From Hemiscyllium ocellatum (Eukaryota), in the NCBI RefSeq assembly GCF_020745735.1, contig NC_083401.1, positions 129,701,740 to 129,765,739 on the forward strand: 64,000 nucleotides of DNA, read 5' to 3'. Numbering within the stretch: the stretch's first letter is position 1; each line of letters opens with the position of its first letter. The position numbers and the translations under genes are program-made. Below, piece after piece: positions 26,531 through 38,898 of this stretch. The notes beneath the pieces were generated by a model. It made no database searches and was not told the origin of the DNA. It saw only the letters and a program-made list of their open reading frames with translations.

Positions 26531-26839
26531 GACCAGAAAAGTGCACTTTACTGTATTTAAACAGTCATTAATAAATCCAGTGAGAACTTTAGCAGAAACT
26601 CATACTTGTCCAGAGTGTTTAGTGGGTGCAAACCTATCATCACATCTAGAAGCTGAAGAAGAAAATATTTAACAATAATCTGCTTAAGTACTTGAGGGAG
26701 AAAGGAATAGGAAGATATGTTGATGGTTTCAGATCAAATAGAGTAGAAGTAAGCTTGTGTGGAGCGTAAAATGTTAGCATGGAACAGGTAGGTCAGAGCC
26801 TGTTACTACACTATAATTTCATTGTAAGTTTTTTTAAAA

Positions 26840-27055
26840 ATTAGATTCCCTACGGTGTGGAAACAGGCCCTCCGGCCCAACCAGTCCACACCGACCCTCC
26901 GAAGAGCAACCCACCCAAACCTATTCCCCTCTGACTAATGCACCTAACACTATGGACAATTTATCATGGCCAATTCACCTGACGTACACATCTTTGGACT
27001 GTGGGAGGAAACCCACGCAGACATGGGGAGAATGTGCAAACTCCACGCAGACAGT
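26840..27055 (-). mobile_element. HE1-type SINE, head missing
   Basis: Tail ttagattccctac and core are present; ends before the tRNA-like head. Confidence 0.88.
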
Positions 27056-29971
27056 TATGAGATTGCGTTTTTGTTGTATGCCAGTTATCTCATTAAATAG
27101 GATTATAAACTTGTGGAATTTATCTGAGCTATTTGTCATTACCCTTTTTTTGTCAAGTGATGTGATCACATGTTTAATATCATTTAGGTGTGTGAAACAT
27201 AATTTTAAGAAGTTGCAGTAGCTACCTCTGCTTGTGAAGGAACATGTCTTGGAAGAAGCATGTTTGATACTGCACATCGTGTCATGTTACACACCACGCT
27301 CAGCAAACCTCTGAAGCTAATCTTTACAGCAAACGGGACTCAGTTTGACAAGCAAAAGCAGCAAAGTAATTAAAATTGCCTGCTTTAAAGTTGATTTATG
27401 GTTTAATTCAGTCTCCAAATTAAGCTGTTTCACTGGAACGTTTTTGTTTGGCTGATTATCTCTAATAAAAGCTTAAACTACTTGGGTAAGTACAATAACT
27501 AGTCTTGAAAGGATTTTCTTTTACAGTGTGAAAATAAGGAAACTCAGCTGGGTTCATGGTTGCATAGCAAGATCTCACCTAAGGAGTTAGAGCTATAGAA
27601 GTCACGTAATCCTCAAATTTGTGTAGGGACAACAATAGTGTCACTGCAATTGTCCTGGGGAAGTAAGTTGAAGTAAGTTTTGGTTTCTAATCATAGCCAG
27701 TCATACACATCTGATCAATGATTATCAGTCTAAGGAAAATAATTGGGTTCAGTAATCATGTCTCCCATGATTGACTAACCTACCAATGCTTTTCATTAAA
27801 GACTGGATGTGTATAACATCTCACCTGGGTGAGATGCTACAAGACACCTGGTGTTCAAGATACCAAATACTTTGAAATGATTTAATGCTGTTGGAAGTCT
27901 ATTTGGGGAATACCAAGTTGCAGGAAGTAGCACTGTTCAAAGTGACTCTGATGTTTTTCTCATCTCAAATTTGGAAGATGATGTTTATTCATGTGAAACT
28001 TTATTCCAAAGTGAGCCATCATATAACTTCAAACTGAATCATGATGTAATGTGTTAGGTAATCAGCTCTCAAGATATTATACAGTATTAATTTAATGATT
28101 CTGTTCCATGTGCGCTCTCTGACGAGCTGTTCCTGTTCCTTGAGCCAGGATTAATCATCCATTGTGAGAATTTTTATTGAGATCAACAAGTAAACTGTAT
28201 TTACAGCTGCCCAAGCTGTTTTGTAATATCTATTCAGCATTAATAGTTTAGTTTATTATCAACACAAGTTTAGAATTTGATCTCTTGCAGAGGGAGTAAT
28301 TTATCAAAATTGCCAAGTTAATCTATCTTTTTTAGTTTATCTTGATTGGATCACTTTCTTAATTTTTCATTGGATCTTGAAAATGTTTGAAGATAAAAGT
28401 TCCTTCAGAACATAATATGTATTTTAAGTACTTCAGTAGTGTGATTTTCCATCTCTGATAACAATTTATCCAATCTCTAAGTTCCTTTCTCTTAATTAGA
28501 TATTAAATTTGAAAAGCATCATGGGAGCAAACCTGTTTTAGTTTGATCGTATTTTGATTTAATCTGATGGTTTTTGTGTTGGATATGATGCCAAATTTGC
28601 AGATAATTACTTGCTCTGAAGAACACGCTTTTATTTTGTTTTATCAATGCTTGTTTTGCAATGCTTCCAGTGACAGGAAAGGATTATTCTAAATGTGATT
28701 TGTAAGTAAAATACTGCAGATGTTAGAAATCAAACCAAATCTGAGGATGTTAGAACCGGGGGATCATCTGTGGAGAAAACACGAGACATTGATTATTTCA
28801 ACTACAGTCCTCTCCTCAGTACTGTAGGATTTAGTAATTAACAATATCTATGATAAGAGGGAAGAAATAGAGAGGAAGGGAATGGGGTGGCGAATGCAGA
28901 AAGAAATATCTATAAAATGTTATTATTGAGGTTCAGGAAATAGGCAAAGTAGAAGTAATGTGTACAGGAATGAATGAAGGTATAATGAGGACTTAAAAAT
29001 GCATGTAAGATATGAGTTTTGCTGAAGATTGATTGGTAAGTAGAATAGGAAATATTAAAATCTGATAAATTGGAGCAGTTTTAATGGCTGAGGACTCTGA
29101 GGACGGAAGAGTGGATTGAGCCTACTTCACTAGCACCCATTTCACTTTGACAATGTGGAGGTGAATGAGAAAGTACAGTTGTCATTCCTAGGGCTTACAC
29201 AGCAAAGTGCCTGGGGAAGATGAGCTGGTGATGGCAGCGATGGTGAAAATGACTGGGATATTAAGAAGGGATTAGTGCATACAAAATATTACTGGGAAGA
29301 AGTAATCTGTCTGATTCATGGCATCACTTTGAGGTTGTGAAATGGCACTTGTTGATTTGCCAAATATGGAGTTTGTTGGCATGGAATGTTGGGGCCTTTA
29401 CCATTGCCCTGAGGATGGGGGAGGGGTGAGGGGTGGTGGAGAAATATCCACTGTCCAGGCCTAAAATTCATCTGATAGGTATGACAAATACATAGATGTA
29501 CTGCTTCCACCGAGTACACTTAATTAGTTAGTCACAGTGCTGAATCCTCGATACTAGCAAACCCACATCAAGTTAGGGAATTGCTGTGCCATTTTCTCTG
29601 CTCTTGTCTGCTTGTGCAACTGTAAACTTGATTGCTTGATACCCATTTTAGTCTCAGCCTTCAACTTTGGGTTATTCCGACCAAACTCAACACCGTGAGA
29701 AGAGACAGCATGTTCCAATTCTACTGGGCACAGGCAATTGGGTCGTAAGGTTGTTTTTAGTAACTCTTGAAGCCGTTTCTCACAACTTGGATTTCTGTCA
29801 GTATTCTTCCTTTGTTTCCATTATTGTTTTTGTTCTTTTGCTATTTCCTGTGTCCTTATCTTCATTTTTTTTTGTCAGAATTTAATGTGGAAATGGTAGA
29901 AATGAGGGCCCATCATACATTTGGTCATTAAATAACAGTGCTATGGACCAGAACAACCCTCATCCTGTAGA

Positions 29972-30547
29972 TGTGTTAGAGATAGCTTGGACCCTAACTT
30001 TTATTTAAAAGCAACTGAAACATGCTATGTTCCAGATCTAATTCAATAGGTCTCACTACACTGCTTTAAGCAAAGCACACTTAGTTTTACCCCCAGTTAA
30101 AATACAAACAAAAGAAAGAACAATTGGGAAGAGTTAACAGAACAGCAGATTATTTAACTACTAAACAGCTATTTCAATGTAGTAACACCCCATAAAAACA
30201 TCCTTGGTAAATGCAAATTCAGTAAAATAGTTTCATATGCAATTCTGGCTGCACAGAGAACTCTAGCTTTTTGCTGTGGCTAATAGAGATGTAACAGCTT
30301 CCACAGCCAACTTCAAAACCCCAATAATTGCTGAAAGCTAAACTGAAACTAAATTGTTCTGTTAGATCCTGAATTGACCCATTCATGCTGCTTCCATTGT
30401 ACAACCTTTTTAAAAAAAACGCAAGGCCTCTCAACCTGTTTAGTTTATTGGCTTCGAATAGACAGTGCATCACCTGTATCTTAAATACCTCTCTTCAAAA
30501 TAAAGCAGGACAAAATACACTGCCTTAAGCCATTGTAGCATGTGTCA
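29972..30547. mobile_element. Possible solo LTR
   Basis: ~575-bp block with TG...CA ends and a possible 4-bp TSD gatg/gatt. Recognised only by general resemblance. Confidence 0.35.
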
Positions 30548-31237
30548 GATTGAAATAGTCTTCGCAGTTTAAACGGCTGATGAAGTAGTGCTATTTAAAT
30601 GTGTTTGTGAATCAGTGTGCTGTTGTCCAGTTCAGAAAGGCTATTGTGGATTTGGCGAATGAAGTGTGTGGATACGTGCACATTAGTGGTTTTGGAAGAG
30701 ACAAAACACATTTTTTTGGCAATTTGCTACCTAATGAATGTGAAATTGATTCCTTCACGGAAATCATGCCCTTTCCAAGGTTTGGTAATTTGAGGTATTT
30801 GATTTTTGTGTACATTTTGCTGATAGGTATTAGTGACAGAATTTAAAAATTTTAAAAGAGTAGGCGCTCCTCATGCCAAACAAATGCTCGTTGTTTCAAT
30901 CCTTCTATCAATCCACGTGTTGAAGAGTTGTGATCTCTGCTCATGAACTAAGTGTTCTCTTTGTTTTCTTAAAACAATACAACCGTGGGCGCTGGAAATT
31001 GTAAGTAAACCAGAAATTACTCAACAGGGTATGCAGTACGTGCTGTTGATGATCCCGTGTCAGAATTGTCTAGATGTAAACTTATTGACCTACAAGTTGG
31101 TTTTTGTCCATCTTATGATTGGAAGTGTATCCACTTTTCCTTTGTATTTAAAACTCCAGTATTGAGGGGGTGTTGGAGCCTTGTATTTGCATTAAGCCCA
31201 TTACTTTGGTGTATAAAGTGGAGGTGTTGTGAAATTT

Positions 31238-31541
31238 TTAGATTAGATTAGATTCCCTACAGTGTGGAAACAGGCCTTTCGACCCAACACATCCACACCT
31301 ATCCTCCGAAGAATAACCCAGCCAGACCCATTTCCCTCTGACTAATGCACCTAACACTATGGGACAATTTACTATGACCAATTCACCTAACCTGCATATC
31401 TTTGGACTGTGGGAAGGAACCTGAGCACCCGGAGGAAACCCATGCAGACACGGGGAGAACGTGCAAACTCCACACAGACAGTTGCCCGAGGGTGGAATCA
31501 AACCTGGGTCCCTGATGCTGTGAGGCAGCAGTGCTAACCAC
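31238..31541 (-). mobile_element. HE1-type SINE
   Basis: (ttaga)n tail, core and head as in the other copies. Confidence 0.92.
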
Positions 31542-32576
31542 TTTGTGTACAATTGGAAACATGGATAGCTAAAAGGAGGATACATAGGCGAATGAGCTGT
31601 TTCAAGTGTGTAGGAAGATTTTATTTAGAATTTTGAAATTCTGGAATTAAAACCCATGATATAACAAAATACATCTTCTCTGACAGGCAGGAAGATGGGC
31701 GATTGGACATTTTGTTTGCTAGAAGATTAGCCCCATATATTTGCAACAAACACTTGATAATATACTGTGAGACTTCTGTGAGAGATGTCTCAACTATAAA
31801 GTTTGCTTTATTGGCAGGAACTGAGCTTGCCTTGCCTCCCGACTGCAATTGGCATTTCTATTCAAAGCCACATGCTGCCATTTCCTGACACAGCAGAGAC
31901 ACAAATATTCTCTTTGCTTTTAAAATGTGTGATGCACAGGGCGTAAGGTATTCCCATTGTTACACTGGACGAAATTTCAGTTTTGTAGCAAATTTAATTT
32001 GCAATTTTGTTTGTTTTTTTTTGCAAGTTTTGTTTGGTCCTCTCCCCTTTTTTTTGTTTCATCAGTGTGTTTTTTTAACCCAAAGCTGTATCCCAGTTTT
32101 CAACTGCCTGACTACATACAGTCTGTCTCCCCAGGTCAGGCAATTGGAAAAAAAAACTAGCTCGTATTTGTTTGGTTTTGTAAGCGGACATGTCTCCCAA
32201 ACAGGTTGTGGTGCTCTTCATATGAAATAACTTGCCATCTGATCTATTCTGAAGAATAGCTACTGAGTATAATCTTGGAGGGTTTCCAGTACCAAAGGAT
32301 GTTTTTGTCACAGAATAGGCATGGTGTTGCCAAGACTCCATTTACACTTCCCCAGCTGCCCTTCAGTTAATGATTGGCTATCTTGAACTATTCATTCCTG
32401 CAGTGCTCCCCCCATAATATCGGGTGAGGAATTGAACCTGCACCAATGAGGGTGCATGTCCTTGGCTTGGACAGCAACTTCCAAGGTGGTTCCAGTGATG
32501 ATCATTTCCCTCTGGTTAATTCATGGTTTGGGTGTTGTTGTACCAACACCATGTCTTTCCCAAAGAATCCCGACCA

Positions 32577-32903
32577 GTGTGGAAAAGGGCCATTTGGCCC
32601 AACAAGTCCACACAGACCATCCAAAGCAGAACCCACCCAGATCCATTCCTATTACTGTACATTTACCCTTCATTAATGCACCTAACCTAAACATCTCTGA
32701 ACACTACAGGCAATTTAGCATGGCCAATTCACCTAATCTGCGCATCTTTGTGACTGTCGAAGGGAACTGGTGCACCCAGAAGAAACCCACGCAGTCACTG
32801 GGAGAATATGCAAACTCCACACACAATCACTGAGGCTGGAATCGAACCCAGGTCCCTGGCGCTGTGAGGCAACAGTGCTAACCATTGGGGCAGCACGGTG
32901 GCT
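32577..32903 (-). mobile_element. HE1-type SINE with micro-inverted head
   Basis: HE1 body; the first 16 nt of the head (32888-32903) are in the opposite orientation. Confidence 0.85.
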
Positions 32904-33553
32904 CAATGTGTTGAAGAGCGTCCTCATGATGGAACATCTGTAGTTTGAGATATGACTAATAAGTCCAGTGCTGATTAAGAGGTTTGCTTTGTCTCTGTGT
33001 TTAAATTTTGTGGCTGCTGTATTTAAGGAAGAAGTGAGTACTTTATCAAGTTCCTGATATGAACCTTGTAGTTTGATCAGAGGTTAAGATCTGTGTTAAT
33101 GATGAGATGAGACATGTGATCGTGTTGGGCTCTGCTGCCTTGTTCTTTTTAATCTTATTGATAAGTTCATTCTAGTTGAAATCAGTGGTGTTGATTGTGG
33201 TTGATGTATTGAGTATTAGAGGTCAATGAGATATGATTGCAAGTCTGTCTTCCTGCAGATGGGCGTTGTCTGTTATTTGTCAAATTGAATGATGTCTGTC
33301 ATCTACTGGCTACATTAGCTGCTACATAGATGTCCATGAGTAGCCTCACACTTGATCTTTGTTGTGGAAGTAAAATAGTTCATGGATCTTCCTATAGTGA
33401 TCTCATAAAGTAATGTTTTAGGTCTGTGATGGTTAGCTTGTGATAATCACGGTATTGCATACTGAGCATGGCTGCAGTTGCTGGATGGCTTTCCCCCCCG
33501 ACCTCTTGTTCTTGAACCCCTTGATGCTGTAATCTGTCAATTATGGAATTGAT

Positions 33554-34690
33554 GGAGTCATAGAATTGTACAGTATGGAAACAGGCAAGGGTCAACTAGT
33601 CCATGCTGACCATGTTCCCAAACTACTCTAGTCCCACCTCCCTGCATTTTGCCCGTATTCCTCCAAACCTTTCCTATTCCCATACTTATCCAGATATCTT
33701 AAATGTTGTAACTGGACCTGCATCCTTCCAACACTTCCTCTGGCAGTCCATTCCACACACAAATCACCCTCTGTTAAAACAAAACTTTCCCCTCGTGTCC
33801 TTTTTAAATATTTCTTCTCACCTTAACTAGGGGCATATTTTTTTTTGAACCCCAGAATAGGGAAAATACTTTTTTTTTGCTATTTAATCTGTGCGCCTCT
33901 CAATTTTATAAATCTATATTAGGTCATCCCTCTATCTCCTCTGCTGTAAGGGAAAAAGGTCGCAGCCTCTCTTTATCATTCAAATCCTCCAGTCCCAGCA
34001 CTATCCTAATGAATCTTTTCTGAATCTTCTCCAGTTTAATAGCTTCCCTCATATAACAGGGTGACCAAAACTGCACACAGTACTCCAGAGAGGTCTCACC
34101 AACATTCTGTGCAATGTCACAACTCCTATACTCAAAGGTCTAAGCAATGAATGCAAGTGTGCTAAACACCTTTCTGACCATCCTGTCTACCGGTGACGCA
34201 CATTTAAAAGAATTGTGTCTGAACCTCTAGGGGTCTCTGTTCTGCAACACTTAGATTAGGTTAGATTCCCTACAGTGTGGAACAGGCCCGTTGGCCCAAC
34301 AAGTCCACACCAACCCTCCGAAGAATAACCCACCCCCCTCTGACTAACGCACCTAATACTGTGGACAATTTAACGTGGCCAATTCACCTGCCCAGCACAT
34401 CTTTAGCACCTGGAGGAAACCCACGCAGACACTGGGAGAAAGTGCAAACTCCACACACAGTTTCCTGAGGCTGGAATCAAACCTGGGACCCTGGTGCTGT
34501 GAGTTACTCAGGGTCCAAGCATTAAGTGTATAAGTCCTGCTCTTGTTTGTTTTATCAAAATGCAATACCTCACATTTATACAAATTAAACTCTGTCTGCC
34601 ATTCCTCAGCCCATTGACCCAATCATTCGTGATCTCTTTGTAATCTTGGATGACCGTCAGTATCCAGTATACCACCAATTTTGGTGCCTT
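33554..34690 (-). mobile_element. CR1 LINE 3' fragment interrupted by an HE1 SINE
   Basis: ggagtcatagaattgtacag tail; WQTEFNLYKCEVLHF; homologous to 14473-15350. Confidence 0.85.
34251..34503 (-). mobile_element. HE1-type SINE nested in CR1
   Basis: ttagattaggttagattccctac tail and HE1 core between colinear CR1 halves. Confidence 0.88.
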
Positions 34691-35670
34691 TCAAGCAAAT
34701 CGACACATGCCACCACTCTGAACCTCAGTCGGTGGGCTGATGGTTGTCCAATGGCCAGAGATGAAGTATGAAGCCAAGTGTATCTGAAACCTTTAAATCA
34801 GTGATGTTTGAGATTTCCCTCTTAAATATTCCATCTTTACCTTTGATCTTTGCGTTGTTGAATGGGGAAAGCTGGAAGTTGGCTGGATGATATATACTCT
34901 TATCTACTCGTTAGTGAGACGATCTACCTGAGCAGCTGCAAATTTTTGGTTGAAGGTACAGTCCTGGTGTAACGCAAACAGTTTGATTGGGAGGGAATTA
35001 GATCCTCAGCATTTCAGCCAGGATTTTGCCAGGTCAGCCTTTGCTGTGTATTGTGCATTGATTAACTCTTTAACATTATGTGGATATCAGTCAATTCAGT
35101 TCAACACTTGTGCAGAAGCATTGAGTTTGTGGTGGCTTTGTTTGGCTAATTCTGTGCAATGTAAACAAAACTTAGAAATGTGGTTTTGTGCTCATACAAG
35201 TCAATTCACTGTGTATATTAGAAGAAATCTTATTTTAATAAAACGTTTTAACATGGTGTATTCATTAAATTTTCAAAGATGATCTTGCTGAACACACCAA
35301 TCTTCCCCAATCTAAGCCCCATCAGTATTTTGAACAACTAAACAATTACTACATGCTTGACCAAGATTCAAGCTTCCTCCCACTGGTGGGTTCACTTTCT
35401 TTCTGAGTCTGCTACTTTGAATTTCCAGAAGTCCTTTCAAGGATTTCACTGAGGAAGATAGAAGTTCATATTTCATTTCGTGAAGAGAACATTGTACTAA
35501 CCAGGGACTTTTTAAAAGTCCTGTTGCAAACTTGTGATCTAATTGTGCAGCACTACTAAGTCTATGATTTGCTTTCACAACAGAATGTGGATATAATGCA
35601 TATCAATTTAAAGAATTCTTTAGCTGCTCCTAACTTTGGTCATTCTCTTTTTGTTCGCATCTTTTGGCAG

Positions 35671-35828
35671 GAAGTGCAACTGAAGAATGATACAGTTGCT
35701 TTTGAGACTTGGAAAAATCCCCCTCCACCAATTTACATGCAGTTTTACTTCTTTAATGTTACAAATCCGGAAGAGGTACTAAATGGAGGAAAGCCCTTTC
35801 TTGAAGAAAAAGGCCCCTACACTTACAG
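35671..35828 (+). CDS. SCARB2: LIMP-2 coding exon 2
   Basis: ttttggcAG|GAA GTG...TAC AG|GTatga; 158 nt; EVQLKNDTVAFETWKNPPPPIYMQFYFFNVTNPEEVLNGGKPFLEEKGPYTYR (CD36 family). Confidence 0.97.
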
Positions 35829-36043
35829 GTATGACGAATGAAATTCTGATCTGTTTAACTGAAACTATTTCAAAATGCTTTTTAGACCATTTTGTAACTT
35901 ATGTAGGTTTGGAGAGTCTCTCACTATATTTAAAGCAAAATAAAATATGGAGTGAGGGATAATTTTGTTGCTGAAGTCTCTTCCGTTGCTAGACCATATA
36001 GATTGGGTTGTAAGTTTGCCCACTGAGCTGGCAGGTTTGTTTT

Positions 36044-36081
36044 CACATGTTTCCTCACCGTGCGAGGTAACATCAGCAATG
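36044..36081 (-). ncRNA. Degenerate hammerhead-like motif (third type)
   Basis: Minus strand: ca-TTGCTGA-T-GTTACC-tcgcac-GGTGAG-GAAA-CA-TG; hairpin and GAAA present, CUGANGA carries 2 substitutions; located at the PLE 3' end. Confidence 0.4.
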
Positions 36082-36907
36082 AAGCTCCGGTGAAGCGCTT
36101 GGTGTTCTGTCCCACTTTCTGTTTGTGTCTTCATCTCTTAAGGTGAGTGATATCATTTCAGGTTTTGTTTTTGAGGATGGTAAATGGGGTCCAAATCTGT
36201 GTGTTTACTGATGGAGCTCTGGTTTGAATGCCACGCCTCTAGGAATTCCCGTGTGTATCTCTTGTCCCAGTCGAAGTGGTGTTCTTCATCTGTATGTAAG
36301 AGTACTAGTGAGAATGGGTCATGTCTTTTGGTGGCTAGTTGGTGTTTGTGTATCCTGATGACTAGTTTTCTGCCTGTCTGTCCAATATGGTGTTTATTAC
36401 AGTCCTTGCATGGTGTTTTGTAAATGACATTGTTTTTCATATCATTGATATAGGGTCCTTCATGTTCATGAGCTGCTGTTTGTGTGTTGGTAGGTTTGTG
36501 GGCTACCATGATGCCACAGGGTCGGAATAGTCTGGTAGTTATCTCTGCAATGTCTTTTTATGGTAGTGTGGCTAGAGTTTCGGTGTGTGTTACGTCCTAC
36601 TTGTTTGATTTTATTGTTTAAGAATCAGCAGACAGTATTTATTTGGGTGCCCCCTTCTTGAATATGCTGTATAGGTATTTTTCTTCTGCTCATAGTTCCT
36701 GAGTGCTCCAGTGTGATGTGGTCCTGTTAAATGTCCTGATGTGGCTCTGTTTGTGAGTGTTGCAATTGCTTATGTAGTTTAGTATCTGTTCTGGGTGTTT
36801 TGCTTTCTGTAGACACTGGTCTGCAGTTCTCCACTGACTGTTCGTTCTACTGTGACATCTAGGAAGGGGAGTTAGTTGTTCTCTTTTGTGAAATGTGTAC
36901 CAGTAAA

Positions 36908-36931
36908 GATGATGATGATGATGATGATGAT
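36908..36931 (+). repeat. (GAT)8 microsatellite
   Basis: Eight perfect GAT units. Confidence 0.97.
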
Positions 36932-37256
36932 CTACATTTCCTCTAATTTGTTCCATTTTGTGATGGCAAAGGTGTTGTCCATGCAGTGAACCCAAAGTTT
37001 GGGTTGTAGGTGGGGCAGGTTGCTCATTGGTGTCTCTGCAGTACTGCTTCTGCTAAGAAGCCCAACACTGGTGATCCCAGGATGTTCCATTGATTTGTTT
37101 GTAGGTCTTGTTTTGAAAGTGAGGTTGGTAGTGAGGCACAGGTCTACAGGCATGAGGATGTTGTCCTTGCTGATGATGTTGGTGCTGTCTGGTGAACGCA
37201 ACACAACGAAACAGCTACTGGTGAACCCAAAGGACCCGATACCAACAACCAGCAAA

Positions 37257-38310
37257 ACAGAACTGGCTTGAAGGTAGAAGGCAGAGGGTGGTGGAGGGTT
37301 GCTTTTCAGACTGGAGGCCTGTGACCAGTGGGGTGCACAAGGATCAGTGCTGGGCCCACCAGTTATCATCATTTATATAAATGATTTGGATATGAACATA
37401 GGAGGCATAGTTAGCAAGTTTACAGATGACACCAAAATTGGAGTGGACAGCGAAGAAGGTTACCTCTGATTACAACAGGATCTTGATCAGATGGGCCAAT
37501 GGGCTGAGAAGTGGCAGATGGAGTTTAATTCAGATAAATGCGAGGTGCTACATTTTGGAAAAGCAAATCTTAGCAGGACATATACACTTAATGGAAGGTC
37601 CAAGGGAGTGTTGCTGAACAAAGAGACCTTGGAGTGCAGGTTCATAGCTTCTTGAAAGTGGAGTCACAAGTAGATAGGATAAGGAAGAAGGTGTTTTGTT
37701 TGCTTTCCCTTATTGGTCAGAGTATTGAGTACAGGAGTTGGGAGGTCATATTGCAGCTGTACAGGACATTGGTTAGGCCACTTTTGGAATATTTTGTGCA
37801 GTCCTGGTCTCTCTCCTATCAGAAGGATGTTGTGAAACTTGAAAGGGTTCAGAAAAGATTTACAAGGATGTTGCCAGGGTTGGAGGATTTGAGCTACAGG
37901 GAGGGGCTGAACAGGCTGGGGCTGTTTTCCTTGGAGCGTCGGAGGCTGAGGGATGACTTTACAGAGGTTTATAAAATCATGAGGGGCATGGATAGGGTAA
38001 GTAGACAAGATCTTTTCCCTACAGTGGGGGAGTCCAGAGCTAGAGGGCATATGTTTAGGGTGAGAGGGGAAAGATATGAAAGGGACCTAAGGGACACCTT
38101 TTTCACGCAGCGGGTGTCGTGTGTATGGAACGAGCTGCCAGAGGAAATGGTGGCGGCTGGCACAAATACAGCATTTAAAAGTCATCTGGATGGTTATATG
38201 AATAGGACAGGCCAAATGCTGGCAGGTTGGACAAGATTAGGTTAGGTGATCTGGTTTGCATGGACTAGTCGGACTGAACGATTTGTTTCAGTGCTGTACA
38301 TTTCTATGAC
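37257..38310 (+). mobile_element. CR1/HER1-type LINE, 5'-truncated
   Basis: ORF 37634-38245 is the CR1 ORF2 C-terminus (LYRTLVRPLLEY, LERVQKRFTRM); ends tttctatgac. Confidence 0.95.
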
Positions 38311-38350
38311 CAGTTCACATTATTCTCATTTGAGATAAGTGATGATTACC

Positions 38351-38660
38351 TAGATTAGATTACTTAGTGTGGAAATAGGCCCTTCGGCCCAACAAATGCA
38401 CACTGACCCCTGAAGCGCAACCCACCCATTCCTCTACATTTACCCCTTCACCTAACACTACGGGCAATTTAGCATGACCAATTCACCTAACCTGCACATT
38501 TTTTTGGACTGTGGGATGAAACCGGAGCACCCGGAGGAAACCCACGCAGACACTGGGAGAATGTGCAAACTCCACACGGTCAGTTGCCTGAGCAGGAATT
38601 GAACCCGGGTCTCTGGCGCTGTGAGGCGGCAGTGCTAACCACTGTGCCACCGTGCCGCCC
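38351..38660 (-). mobile_element. HE1-type SINE, full length
   Basis: Minus strand gggcggcacggtggcacagtggttagcac...gggttcaattcc...(aatct)n. Confidence 0.95.
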
Positions 38661-38859
38661 TGTTGTTAAAGTTCATTAGAATATGTAACTTTTTAAAAAA
38701 AGTTTGCAATTTATGTGTGAAAGAACTGAAACCAACATAGTCATTCTAAAAGATGACAGAATTAACAAACAATTCAGGTCTTTTTCAATATATAATTTCA
38801 GTTACATTACACTGTAAACTTTTGCTCTAAATTCTGTGTATTACAATCTTAACTCCACA

Positions 38860-38898
38860 GCCTCCTGATGAAGGAGCAGCACTCCGAAAGCTAGTGCT
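38860..38898 (+). ncRNA. Minimal hammerhead ribozyme motif (second type)
   Basis: CTGATGA(38865-38871)-A-GGAG-CAGCA-CTCC-GAAA(38886-38889)-GC-TA-gtg; palindromic AGCT at stem III, CUA triplet. Confidence 0.7.

Larger units (their letters stand above)
35990..37195 (-). mobile_element. Penelope-like element of a second family (RT remnants + GIY-YIG)
   Basis: NVIYKTPCKDCNKHHIGQTGRKL..RIHKH...REFLEAWHS; ISKDNILMPVDLCLTT; LWVHCMDNTF (YVDDTF-like). Confidence 0.85.

Noticed and set aside
36690-36995. ORF with a poly-His tract
   Set aside because: The His run is the (GAT)8 microsatellite read on the minus strand inside a decayed PLE.
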